From Clostridia bacterium (GTDB lineage: Bacteria > Bacillota > Clostridia > UMGS1810): DNA of 64,000 nucleotides. Of the stretch, positions 1 through 7,833 are shown piece after piece (within the stretch, counting starts at the first letter, position 1; the number at the start of each line of letters is the position of its first letter). The stretch lies in contig JAZQHR010000103.1 in NCBI GenBank assembly GCA_045540695.1, forward strand, positions 5,346 through 69,345, in the 5' to 3' direction. The notes beneath the pieces were generated by a model. The model was not told where the DNA came from and made no database searches. It was given only the letters and a program-made list of their open reading frames with translations. The position numbers and the translations under genes are program-made.

Positions 1-24
1 ATTATTATCTTTGAAATAAGGAGG

Positions 25-2265
25 TTGGGAAAGATACAAGAGATTAAATTTCGATGTGTTCCGGTACAGGAACGATATTATTCGCAAGATTCATCTTACG
101 GAGTCTTTGTTTTTCATACAAAGGATGATATTCCTGAGTACGATTTAGTACCATCCTCACCATTTCAAAGTAACACTAATGATTTGAAAATGTCAATGTT
201 GGTTGGTAATATGCAGCAACTTTATCTTGGTTCCGAATATGAGGTGACTGCAACGCTTGATTACAACGCTAAGTATAAGTCATATCAGTACAAACCAAAG
301 ATTATTACATCGGTTGCTCCCAAAAGTGATGAACAACAAAGAATGTTTCTATCATCAATTCTAACCGAAAAACAGACGGACACTTTGTTAGGTCAATATC
401 CTAATATTGTTGAAGAAATGATAAATGGCACAGACAATGTTGATCTTAACTTGCTGAAGGGAATAGGAAAGTATACATACGAATCTATTAAAGAAAAAGT
501 ATTAGACAATTATGTAATTTCAGACATTCTTATTCTCTTACAACCCTTGGGTGTTAAATACCCTACGATAAAGAAATTGTTAATGGGAGAGCCTAATCCA
601 GCATTGCTTAAAGAAAAGTTAATTGATAATCCGTATATTATGCTTGATATTCGAGGATTTGGGTTTAAAACAGTAGATGGGTTGGCTCTAAAACTGAATC
701 CTGAGATAAAAATATCAGCAAAAAGAACTTATGCCTTTATCAAATATTACTTTAAAGAAATAGGTAATGGTCAAGGTCATACATGGGTTACTGTTGATAC
801 TTTAGAAAATGCTGTAAGAGATAATATTCCAGAGTGCTTGGATGTCTACAATACTGTTGTCGAAAATGAAAAAGAACGAGATATGATTCTTCATTTTGAC
901 GGAGATAGGGTTGGGCTTAAAGAGTATTATAAACTCGAAAGAGACATTTTTGACATATTAAAAGAAATTCAAGGCTATCCAGCCTTAGAAATTTCTGAAG
1001 AAAATATCACCAAAGGTATTGAACAGGCAGAAACAGAGCAAGGGTTTACATTAACAGATGAACAACGAGAAATTGTATTAAAGAGTTTGAACGACAATGT
1101 TTGTATTATAGTTGGTTTTGCAGGAACTGGTAAAACAACCATATCAAGAGCACTACTTAACATATATAAACAAGCAGAATATTCAATTTCATGTTGTGCT
1201 TTGTCGGCAAAAGCTGCACAGAGAATAACGGAAGCAACAGGTATGGAATCATCTACAATACACAGATTGCTTGGATATTCACCTCAAGGTTTTGTTTGCA
1301 ATCATCAAAACCCACTTAATGCTGATGTAATTCTTGTTGATGAAGGCTCTATGATAAACTCTTATGTATTTTATGCTTTGTTAAGTGCTATTAAAGAAGG
1401 TGCTAAAGTCATAATTTGCGGAGATAACAGACAGTTACCACCAATAGGTTATGGCAATATATTTGGTGATTTGCTTACAAAAACTGATTATTTTTCAATT
1501 TCTCGACTTACAAAAGTGTTAAGACAGGCTGAAAAATCAGGAATTTTGATGGATGCAAACAAGATAAGAAGTGGTCAGTATCCCATTGAACAGCCGGAAC
1601 TTAAAATTGTTAATGGCGAGTTACAAGATATGACGTATATGTTCCGAGATTCACGTGAAGGATTACAGAACATTGCAGTTAAAACATACCTAAAGGCAAT
1701 TGAACAAGATGGTATGGACGAAGTTGTTATTATCACTCCAAGAAAAGAACATTGTGAGAACAGTACCTTAGAGATAAACAAACGAATTGTTGACATTCTT
1801 GCTGATAAGAATGGTCGAAGCATGAAGATGGGACAGAAAGAATTTTTCGTTGGTTCCAAAGTAATGCAGATGGACAACAACTATGAAAAGAATGTCTTTA
1901 ATGGTGAAGTTGGATACATAACCGATATTCATGATTACCAAGAAGGTAAAGAAAAAGTAGTGCGGTTTACTGTTGAGTTTAAACTTAATGACCAAGTGAA
2001 AAAGGTTGTTTATAACAGAAACGAATTAGACCAGTTGGATTTGGCTTATGCCATGACGGTTCATAAAAGTCAGGGTTCAGGTTATAAAACAGTAATTATC
2101 ATTACTGATATGACACATTACACATTACTTGATACTTGTTTGTTATATACGGCAATCACTAGAGCAAAGAAAAGATGTTTGTTGTTGTCCGAACCTTCAG
2201 CTTTTAAGATGTGTATGAACAACAATAAGAGCAAAAGTCGTCAGACTTGGCTCAAAGATATGTAA
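25..2265 (+). CDS. RecD2/YrrC-like SF1B DNA helicase
   Basis: Walker A GFAGTGKTT and Walker B ILVDEGSM. C-terminal AMTVHKSQGSGYK...YTAITRAKK (UvrD_C_2-like). N-terminal HhH-like LKGIGKYT and IRGFGFKT. Start uncertain: the TTG at 25 abuts the SD aaggagg (18-24) and the frame is open to the window edge. Confidence 0.8.
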   Translation: MGKIQEIKFRCVPVQERYYSQDSSYGVFVFHTKDDIPEYDLVPSSPFQSNTNDLKMSMLVGNMQQLYLGSEYEVTATLDYNAKYKSYQYKPKIITSVAPKSDEQQRMFLSSILTEKQTDTLLGQYPNIVEEMINGTDNVDLNLLKGIGKYTYESIKEKVLDNYVISDILILLQPLGVKYPTIKKLLMGEPNPALLKEKLIDNPYIMLDIRGFGFKTVDGLALKLNPEIKISAKRTYAFIKYYFKEIGNGQGHTWVTVDTLENAVRDNIPECLDVYNTVVENEKERDMILHFDGDRVGLKEYYKLERDIFDILKEIQGYPALEISEENITKGIEQAETEQGFTLTDEQREIVLKSLNDNVCIIVGFAGTGKTTISRALLNIYKQAEYSISCCALSAKAAQRITEATGMESSTIHRLLGYSPQGFVCNHQNPLNADVILVDEGSMINSYVFYALLSAIKEGAKVIICGDNRQLPPIGYGNIFGDLLTKTDYFSISRLTKVLRQAEKSGILMDANKIRSGQYPIEQPELKIVNGELQDMTYMFRDSREGLQNIAVKTYLKAIEQDGMDEVVIITPRKEHCENSTLEINKRIVDILADKNGRSMKMGQKEFFVGSKVMQMDNNYEKNVFNGEVGYITDIHDYQEGKEKVVRFTVEFKLNDQVKKVVYNRNELDQLDLAYAMTVHKSQGSGYKTVIIITDMTHYTLLDTCLLYTAITRAKKRCLLLSEPSAFKMCMNNNKSKSRQTWLKDM

Positions 2266-2276
2266 AAATAGAAAAT

Positions 2277-2306
2277 GAGAGTATAACTTTTGTTTGTTAT
2301 ACTCTC
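2277..2306 (+). other. Perfect 11-bp-stem hairpin; helicase-gene terminator and/or left-end hairpin of the TnpB element
   Basis: gagagtataac (2277-2287), 8-nt loop, gttatactctc (2296-2306). The downstream T-run is weak. Confidence 0.4.
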
Positions 2307-2364
2307 AAATTTTGTAGAAAAATATGAAATTAAATGGAGAATAATGTATTAGAAGGAGGTGAAA

Positions 2365-3600
2365 ATGGTGAAAGTGGAACGTGTTGAACAGCATCATATT
2401 AAGCTTGATACTGACTTTGGGAGACACATAGACTCTTATTGTTTTAAGTCCAAAAATCTTTATAACTACGCTAATTATATTGTAAGAGAAACTTTTATTG
2501 AAAATAATGAATGGATTAGATACAACAAATTATTTGAATTGGTAAAAGATTCAGAGCCGTATAAAGATATTGGAAGTAATGTAGGACAGGCAACATTGCG
2601 AATGTTAGATAAGGCATGGAAGTCATTCTTTGAGAGTGTTAAAGATTGGTCGAAGAATCCAAGTAAATATCTTGGCAAACCGAAACTCCCCAAGTACAGA
2701 AACAAAGACGGACGATATGTTTTGGTTCTCGACAGTAATAAAGTAAAACTGAAAGACGGTTATGTATATTTTGCGTGGAAACCATTTAAGCCATTCAATA
2801 ATCGCTTCAAGACTAATGCAAAAGAGAGAATAATACAATGTAGGTTTATTCCGAAAGGCAGTGGATATACGATGGAGGTAGTATATGAAACTGAAGCTCC
2901 AGATTGTTTAGATGCTTCTGAAAGAGTTGTTGCAATCGATGTAGGAGTTGATAACTTCGTAACTATGGTAAATAACATAGGCATAAAGCCTATTGCTATT
3001 AAAGGCGGAGTGATTAAATCTATCAATCAATATTACAATAAGAAAAATGCAAAAATTCGCTCAGAGTTAGCAAAAATCAATAAGATGAATTGGTCAAAAA
3101 GACTACAAAATCTTAAAGATAAAAGGTTTGAAATGATTAAATATCATATGCACTGTATCAGCAAATATGTGGTTGATTGGTGTGTGTTGTATGATATAGA
3201 CACGATTATAGTAGGACATAACAATAATTGGAAACAAGAACAATTAGGCATGCAAAATTTCACTTATATCCCATATGAACTATTTTTACATATGTTAAGT
3301 TACAAAAGTGAAAATGTAGGTATTAAATGCGTTATGAATGAAGAATCATATACATCGGGCACATCGTTTCTTGATTGCGAAGAACCTTGTAAAGAGAATT
3401 ATAACAAAGAGAGACGAGTACATAGAGGGTTGTTTGTTAGTAACAAAGGAATAAAAATCAACGCAGATGTTAATGCTGCATATCAAATTATGAAGAAGGT
3501 ATTCCCGGATGTATTTTCGGACGGGGTAGAGGGTGTAGGTTTACACCCAACGATTATCAATTTTGGTAACGTAAATGGCACGAAAGTGTCAATAAATTAG
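2365..3600 (+). CDS. tnpB: IS200/IS605-family TnpB (OrfB) RNA-guided-endonuclease-like protein
   Basis: N-terminal OrfB-type region (GKPKLPKYRNKDGRY). RuvC-I-like VVAIDVGVDNFVT, EESYTSGTS, C-terminal KINADVNAAYQIMKK. SD aaggagg 2353-2359 gives ATG 2365; the ORF track starts at GTG 2359. Confidence 0.8.
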   Translation: MVKVERVEQHHIKLDTDFGRHIDSYCFKSKNLYNYANYIVRETFIENNEWIRYNKLFELVKDSEPYKDIGSNVGQATLRMLDKAWKSFFESVKDWSKNPSKYLGKPKLPKYRNKDGRYVLVLDSNKVKLKDGYVYFAWKPFKPFNNRFKTNAKERIIQCRFIPKGSGYTMEVVYETEAPDCLDASERVVAIDVGVDNFVTMVNNIGIKPIAIKGGVIKSINQYYNKKNAKIRSELAKINKMNWSKRLQNLKDKRFEMIKYHMHCISKYVVDWCVLYDIDTIIVGHNNNWKQEQLGMQNFTYIPYELFLHMLSYKSENVGIKCVMNEESYTSGTSFLDCEEPCKENYNKERRVHRGLFVSNKGIKINADVNAAYQIMKKVFPDVFSDGVEGVGLHPTIINFGNVNGTKVSIN

Positions 3601-3655
3601 GACTTTTATCGGGATTGATGTTCCCGACATTTGTGACGGGAAGATTGGAGGTAAA
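3540..3655 (+). ncRNA. Possible omega-RNA/right-end scaffold region of the TnpB element
   Basis: By analogy with TnpB systems, the guide RNA overlaps the 3' end of tnpB and the right end. Hairpin tcggga-N7-tcccga lies at 3609-3627. No covariance model could be run. Confidence 0.2.
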
Positions 3656-3898
3656 ATGGATAGTTTAATTGAAATTAAAAGACAACTTAAGCCGTGCCCC
3701 TTTTGTGGTCACAGAGTTGATATAAAGAGATATTGTCATACTTATAATGGTGGCATACAGATGACGTTTGAGTGTTTTTGTGGTGCAGAGGCTACATTTA
3801 CTCATGACCCACTTGGAGATATGTCGGATTATCGTGGAGCTAGAGAGAGGCTAATGCCTTGGGAACAGTGGAATGAAAGAACAAGAGGTAAAATATGA
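3656..3898 (+). CDS. Lar-family restriction-alleviation-like zinc-ribbon protein
   Basis: N-terminal LKPCPFCGH motif, a second Cys pair (FECFCG) and a C-terminal WEQWNER tail, as I recall the Lar family. SD ggagg upstream. Confidence 0.45.
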   Translation: MDSLIEIKRQLKPCPFCGHRVDIKRYCHTYNGGIQMTFECFCGAEATFTHDPLGDMSDYRGARERLMPWEQWNERTRGKI

Positions 3899-4137
3899 CG
3901 ATTCAAGAATTCGCTTGGCAAAACCAAGGTAAAGAACTTCCTATGCAGGAAGTTGAAATTTTTACAGGCGTTGAGCCGAAGTATAAATGTAAAAACAAAT
4001 TTTTACAAAAAGTATTAACAAAGTTGTTTGGTCACGTTCCAGTATACGAGAAAAGGCAAGCAAAAGTGTTAGTGTGTAAAACAGAAGATTTTCCTTGTAA
4101 TTTTGATGGTAATATTGCGATAGAAATAGGTGATTAA
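3895..4137 (+). CDS. Hypothetical phage protein
   Basis: ORF with ATG overlapping the previous stop (ATGA coupling). No recognisable motif. Confidence 0.5.
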   Translation: MTIQEFAWQNQGKELPMQEVEIFTGVEPKYKCKNKFLQKVLTKLFGHVPVYEKRQAKVLVCKTEDFPCNFDGNIAIEIGD

Positions 4138-4464
4138 ATGAAGTTTAAGTGTGTAAGAATGAGCTGTGAAAGTTGTCCTCATAAAAAATTATGCGACGAC
4201 TCTCCGTACTATGGAGATGAAATTTCTGACGATTATATTTTTGTCTATTGGGCAAATAAGTATGATGAGGGTGCTGAACTTATAAATGCTCCTATCACAA
4301 TGGATGGTAAATGCGTTGGAGTAATTACGAGAGTTAGCAAAGAGTATATTTATGGCGAACTATATGTAAGGGCGGTAGCAGAATTTAATCCCGACAATAA
4401 TAAGTGTGTTGGATTTGGAATAGTTGGAGGTAGTAATGGCAGGATTTATATCAAAACAACCTAA
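4138..4464 (+). CDS. Hypothetical phage protein (N-terminal Cys cluster)
   Basis: SD aggtga upstream. CVRMSCESCPHKKLC Cys-rich N-terminus. Confidence 0.5.
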   Translation: MKFKCVRMSCESCPHKKLCDDSPYYGDEISDDYIFVYWANKYDEGAELINAPITMDGKCVGVITRVSKEYIYGELYVRAVAEFNPDNNKCVGFGIVGGSNGRIYIKTT

Positions 4465-4684
4465 CGGATTATATTGTAGATTCTCAACTGTTGTAGATTG
4501 TCCTACTGATTGGAATATGACCGAAGAAGACTATATTGAAATGTGTAAACAAAAAGCAGAAAAAGAAGCGAGAGACATTCTTGCAAATCATCTGTATCCG
4601 TTTGAAATGGTAAAAGAAAGATTTATCAATAATAATATGACGAATGATGAATTTGAACGATTCCTAAAGGATGTGGAAGAATGA
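4436..4684 (+). CDS. Hypothetical phage protein
   Basis: SD ggagg then ATG 4436 (the ORF track starts at 4424). Overlaps the upstream gene by about 29 nt. Confidence 0.45.
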   Translation: MAGFISKQPNGLYCRFSTVVDCPTDWNMTEEDYIEMCKQKAEKEARDILANHLYPFEMVKERFINNNMTNDEFERFLKDVEE

Positions 4685-5028
4685 AAATAAGATTACTCTG
4701 TATTAAGGGTATTACGGTGGATACCAACATGCACGGAGATGACGACCCAAAAGAAATTTCCTATTCTGAAGGCACAGAGTATAACGCCATAATTGATATG
4801 CCATACAACGGAATTAGACTTGAAGTTCCGGGTAAGAAAAACCACTATACTTTTCCGTATCACATAGACGACATCAAGAAATATTTTATATCTGCTTTTG
4901 ATAAAGAAAGACATGATGAAATCTATACGAAAGTTAAAAATTGTAAAATATATATTGATTCTAAATGCTTTGACGTGGGAGAGGCAATAATTAAACAGGA
5001 GAAAATAAATGAAAAATCAACTTTCTAA
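4681..5028 (+). CDS. Hypothetical phage protein
   Basis: ATGA overlap with the upstream stop. No recognisable motif. Confidence 0.5.
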   Translation: MKIRLLCIKGITVDTNMHGDDDPKEISYSEGTEYNAIIDMPYNGIRLEVPGKKNHYTFPYHIDDIKKYFISAFDKERHDEIYTKVKNCKIYIDSKCFDVGEAIIKQEKINEKSTF

Positions 5029-5497
5029 AAGAGAATATAAATATAGATGCAAAATTATAGCCGAGAATCATTTAAAGAAGGATTGTCAGGTATATCTCGG
5101 CAACTATGTGGTAACTGAAGGTCTTACATATAAAGAAATATATCTTGATGAAGCGTTGTTGCATAGAATGCTGACAAATTATAGTTTTTGGCAAGTAGGC
5201 AAAGCGGTTTATAAAGCCGGAGTTACCGCTAAACAAGCCGCTAATGCTTTTCAGGATTTTGCTTGTGCCGTCAGCGCTGTCTCACAGGCGGTTGAGGTTG
5301 ATAGTATAGTTTCTAACATGAAGAGAACATATGAATTAAGCGACAAGCAAGCAGATGAATTATTAAGACTTGCAGGAGATTATGCTACAAGACACGTTCT
5401 AACTTGTGGTGATGTGCTATATGAGGTTGGGCGAAAAATAAGAGAGGATGGCTATACAATGCAGAGCTGTATTAAGTGGTTGAAAGAGGAGATATAG
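5009..5497 (+). CDS. Hypothetical phage protein
   Basis: SD aggaga upstream. No recognisable motif. Confidence 0.5.
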   Translation: MKNQLSKREYKYRCKIIAENHLKKDCQVYLGNYVVTEGLTYKEIYLDEALLHRMLTNYSFWQVGKAVYKAGVTAKQAANAFQDFACAVSAVSQAVEVDSIVSNMKRTYELSDKQADELLRLAGDYATRHVLTCGDVLYEVGRKIREDGYTMQSCIKWLKEEI

Positions 5498-6010
5498 ATG
5501 AAAGAAATTCCTTATTATAAAAAATATGCAAGAGAAGTTATTACTGAATTAGTCAAATATGATGATGAGGATATAATTCGTAAGTTTGTTAGCGAAATAT
5601 CCAAACTAAGTACACTCAAACCATACTGTAACAACCACAAGAAACCAACTGTGAGAACCGTTGTTAAACCAAAGACAATAATGTCCAATTCCGAAGCTTT
5701 TCCAGACATTCTTGAATCATACAAGAAATCAACATACGTTTGCTCGTCGTGTGGCAAAATTATTTTTCCTGAGGTAGAAATTGCAGATGGCAACATCAAT
5801 CTTCATTCTGAGAAAAATAACTATCTTGGTAAGGGCGGTAGGATTATTCGTGATAATATCTGCCCTGACTGTAAGTTGTCAGTCAAAGGGTTTAAGGACA
5901 ATGTGATTAAAGAATTGCCTAATGGATATATTGGATGTTTAAGATGTGGAACAGTGTTTGACGCAGGTAGAGATTGTTGTCCCGGATGCAAGCAACCGAG
6001 ATATTATTGA
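5498..6010 (+). CDS. Hypothetical phage protein with multiple zinc-ribbon motifs
   Basis: CSSCG, CPDC, CLRCG and CCPGC pairs in the C-terminal half. SD gaggag upstream. Confidence 0.5.
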   Translation: MKEIPYYKKYAREVITELVKYDDEDIIRKFVSEISKLSTLKPYCNNHKKPTVRTVVKPKTIMSNSEAFPDILESYKKSTYVCSSCGKIIFPEVEIADGNINLHSEKNNYLGKGGRIIRDNICPDCKLSVKGFKDNVIKELPNGYIGCLRCGTVFDAGRDCCPGCKQPRYY

Positions 6011-6049
6011 TACCCAATAAAACAAGTCTTTCAAGTGGAGAGAAGATAT

Positions 6050-6289
6050 ATGAAGAAATTTAAAATAAAATTTAACGACTTTAACTGTTTGAAATGTTCG
6101 GGTCGATTATACATAAAAGAAATTTATAAAAAATTGCAAGAACAGTATGAACCAAATGCTGGTGCTAATGGATATCTTTCTATTTTAATATCTGAGTGCA
6201 AGTGTGGTCAAAAGCATAAGATATATTGCGAATGTCACGAAATAAATGAGAATATAACAGTTTGCATTAATAGAATTATAAAAATATAA
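6050..6289 (+). CDS. Hypothetical Cys-rich phage protein
   Basis: SD ggagag then ATG 6050 (the track starts at GTG 6035). CLKCS...CKCG...CECH motifs. Confidence 0.45.
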   Translation: MKKFKIKFNDFNCLKCSGRLYIKEIYKKLQEQYEPNAGANGYLSILISECKCGQKHKIYCECHEINENITVCINRIIKI

Positions 6290-6300
6290 GGAGAAATAAT

Positions 6301-6477
6301 ATGCCAACATATATACATGAATGTCCTGAACATGGTGAAGTAGAAGTGGACTGCAAAATATCAGAAGCTACTGAAATAAAACCTTGCCCAATATGTGGCA
6401 AGGATAGCAAAAGAGTTTATGGTGTTAATGCAATTCAATGGAAATGCGATGGAGCTTTTGGTAAAAGCACAAAGTAA
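6301..6477 (+). CDS. Small zinc-ribbon protein, FmdB-like (58 aa; below the ORF-track cutoff)
   Basis: My translation is MPTYIHECPEHGEVEVDCKISEATEIKPCPICGKDSKRVYGVNAIQWKCDGAFGKSTK. SD aaggaga lies just upstream of the ATG. It fills an otherwise unexplained gap in a tightly packed operon. Confidence 0.55.
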   Translation: MPTYIHECPEHGEVEVDCKISEATEIKPCPICGKDSKRVYGVNAIQWKCDGAFGKSTK

Positions 6478-6491
6478 GAGGGGTACTGATA

Positions 6492-6698
6492 ATGCTTGAA
6501 ACAATTGATGAAACAAAAGTAAAAATACCAAAGGGTCAAACAATAATGGAGGTTCATTATAAAGAAGGGATTCCTAAATTTTTAATTACTACAAACGTTA
6601 TTAGAGATAAATACTACCTATATAAAATATCGAAAGATTACGTTTTAGAAAAATTAGAAACATCAAACATTCCTAAGTTTAAAAGGAGAACAATATAA
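6492..6698 (+). CDS. Hypothetical phage protein
   Basis: SD-like agagggg upstream. No recognisable motif. Confidence 0.45.
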   Translation: MLETIDETKVKIPKGQTIMEVHYKEGIPKFLITTNVIRDKYYLYKISKDYVLEKLETSNIPKFKRRTI

Positions 6699-6892
6699 TG
6701 TGTGAAGTATGCTTGAGAACACCATGTCATCCTAGATGTCCTAATGCTAAGGAATCAAAGATAGTTGGGGAATGCAAGCATTGTGGCGAACCAATATATG
6801 ACGGGAGCGAATATTGGACTGACGATGACAACAACATCTATGAATCAAGAGTATGTGCTGAACTTTATTATGGGATAAGACAGATTGATTGA
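6698..6892 (+). CDS. Hypothetical Cys-rich phage protein
   Basis: TAATG coupling to the upstream gene. CEVC...CHPRC...CKHCG motifs. Confidence 0.5.
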   Translation: MCEVCLRTPCHPRCPNAKESKIVGECKHCGEPIYDGSEYWTDDDNNIYESRVCAELYYGIRQID

Positions 6893-6902
6893 CGGAGGAT
6901 AA

Positions 6903-7484
6903 ATGAACAAAAGATTAAAAAAATTTTTAATAGCTATTGGTATTATGCTAATAATTCTTTTATTAGGCACAATGGCTTATGCCAATAGCTATAAACAGAA
7001 GATAGACAAAGAAATTGTTAATATAGAGAGTAAGCAAGAAAAGATTCACAATATAGCAGACGAAGTGCGAGAACTGAATCTTGATAATGAAACGGAAATT
7101 ATTACAAGTTTAAAACGTGCTTGGCATAATTTTGATAGTCAAAAACAGCTTTTAATAGAAAAGCGTGAAAAACTAGACAATATATTAAATTTTAATATAT
7201 TTGAAATATCTGCTTATTGTGGTGAGAATTATCACCATATATGCAACAACGGTAATGCAAGAACTACCGCAACGGGGACAGTTCCAACTGCAGGGCGAAC
7301 TGTTGCGGTAGATCCTAATGTCATCCCTTATGGTTCTACTGTAATTATTGGAGGCAATGAGTACATAGCAGAGGACACTGGCGGTGCGATTAAAGGTAAT
7401 AAAATTGACATATTTTTTAATACACATGCTGAAGCATTGCAATGGGGTAGACGCAACATGGAAGTTTATATAGTTAGAAATTAA
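6903..7484 (+). CDS. 3D-domain (MltA/YuiC-like) cell-wall-active protein with N-terminal membrane anchor
   Basis: TM segment FLIAIGIMLIILLLGTMAYA. C-terminal TATGTVPTAGRTVAVDPNVIPYGSTVIIGGNEYIAEDTGGAIKGNKIDIFF matches the 3D-domain signature. Confidence 0.8.
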   Translation: MNKRLKKFLIAIGIMLIILLLGTMAYANSYKQKIDKEIVNIESKQEKIHNIADEVRELNLDNETEIITSLKRAWHNFDSQKQLLIEKREKLDNILNFNIFEISAYCGENYHHICNNGNARTTATGTVPTAGRTVAVDPNVIPYGSTVIIGGNEYIAEDTGGAIKGNKIDIFFNTHAEALQWGRRNMEVYIVRN

Positions 7485-7500
7485 GAAAGGAGCAATTGAT

Positions 7501-7833
7501 ATGGTCGAACAAAGATGTGCTATGTGTGGGGTAATTATTCCTGAAGGCAGAATGATTTGTCCTTTATGTGAAAATATGGAGCCAAGCTTTGATACTGTTA
7601 AAATTATAGTAAAGCTTGATAAGATTGCGGATATATCAGAATTTGTTAATTTGGCATCTAAATGTAGCGATGATGTAACGATTGGTTCAGGTAGATTTGC
7701 AGTTAATGCAAAATCAATCATGGGGTTGTATAGTTTAGATTTGACTAAACCATTACACGTAGAATTTTACGGCGATATACCTTATGAGGTTAAAGAAGGT
7801 ATGAAGAAGTTTATTGTAGGAGAACAATGTTAA
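7501..7833 (+). CDS. Zinc-ribbon fused to an HPr/Crh-like domain
   Basis: N-terminal CAMCG...CPLCE. Residues about 33-100 parallel HPr (ASKCSDDVTIGSGRFAVNAKSIMGLYSLDL versus HPr ...[12 protein letters not shown]...). The Ser46-equivalent is kept; no His at the His15 position. Confidence 0.55.
   Translation: MVEQRCAMCGVIIPEGRMICPLCENMEPSFDTVKIIVKLDKIADISEFVNLASKCSDDVTIGSGRFAVNAKSIMGLYSLDLTKPLHVEFYGDIPYEVKEGMKKFIVGEQC

Larger units (their letters stand above)
2270..3655 (+). mobile_element. TnpB-only (non-autonomous) IS200/IS605-family, IS1341-like element; boundaries approximate
   Basis: Single tnpB ORF with no TnpA in the window. Hairpins lie at both flanks (2277-2306 and 3609-3627). It interrupts a run of phage early genes. 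Confidence 0.5.

Noticed and set aside
7185-7721. 178-aa reverse-strand ORF. The same applies to other long antisense ORFs such as 48007-48654, 33254-33760, 36248-36745, 47158-47607, 10913-11341, 38693-39100 and 59114-59578
   Set aside because: Each is fully antisense to a gene with clear family motifs. They have Ser/Ile/Leu/Phe-rich low-complexity translations typical of antisense frames in AT-rich DNA, and no SD or motif support.
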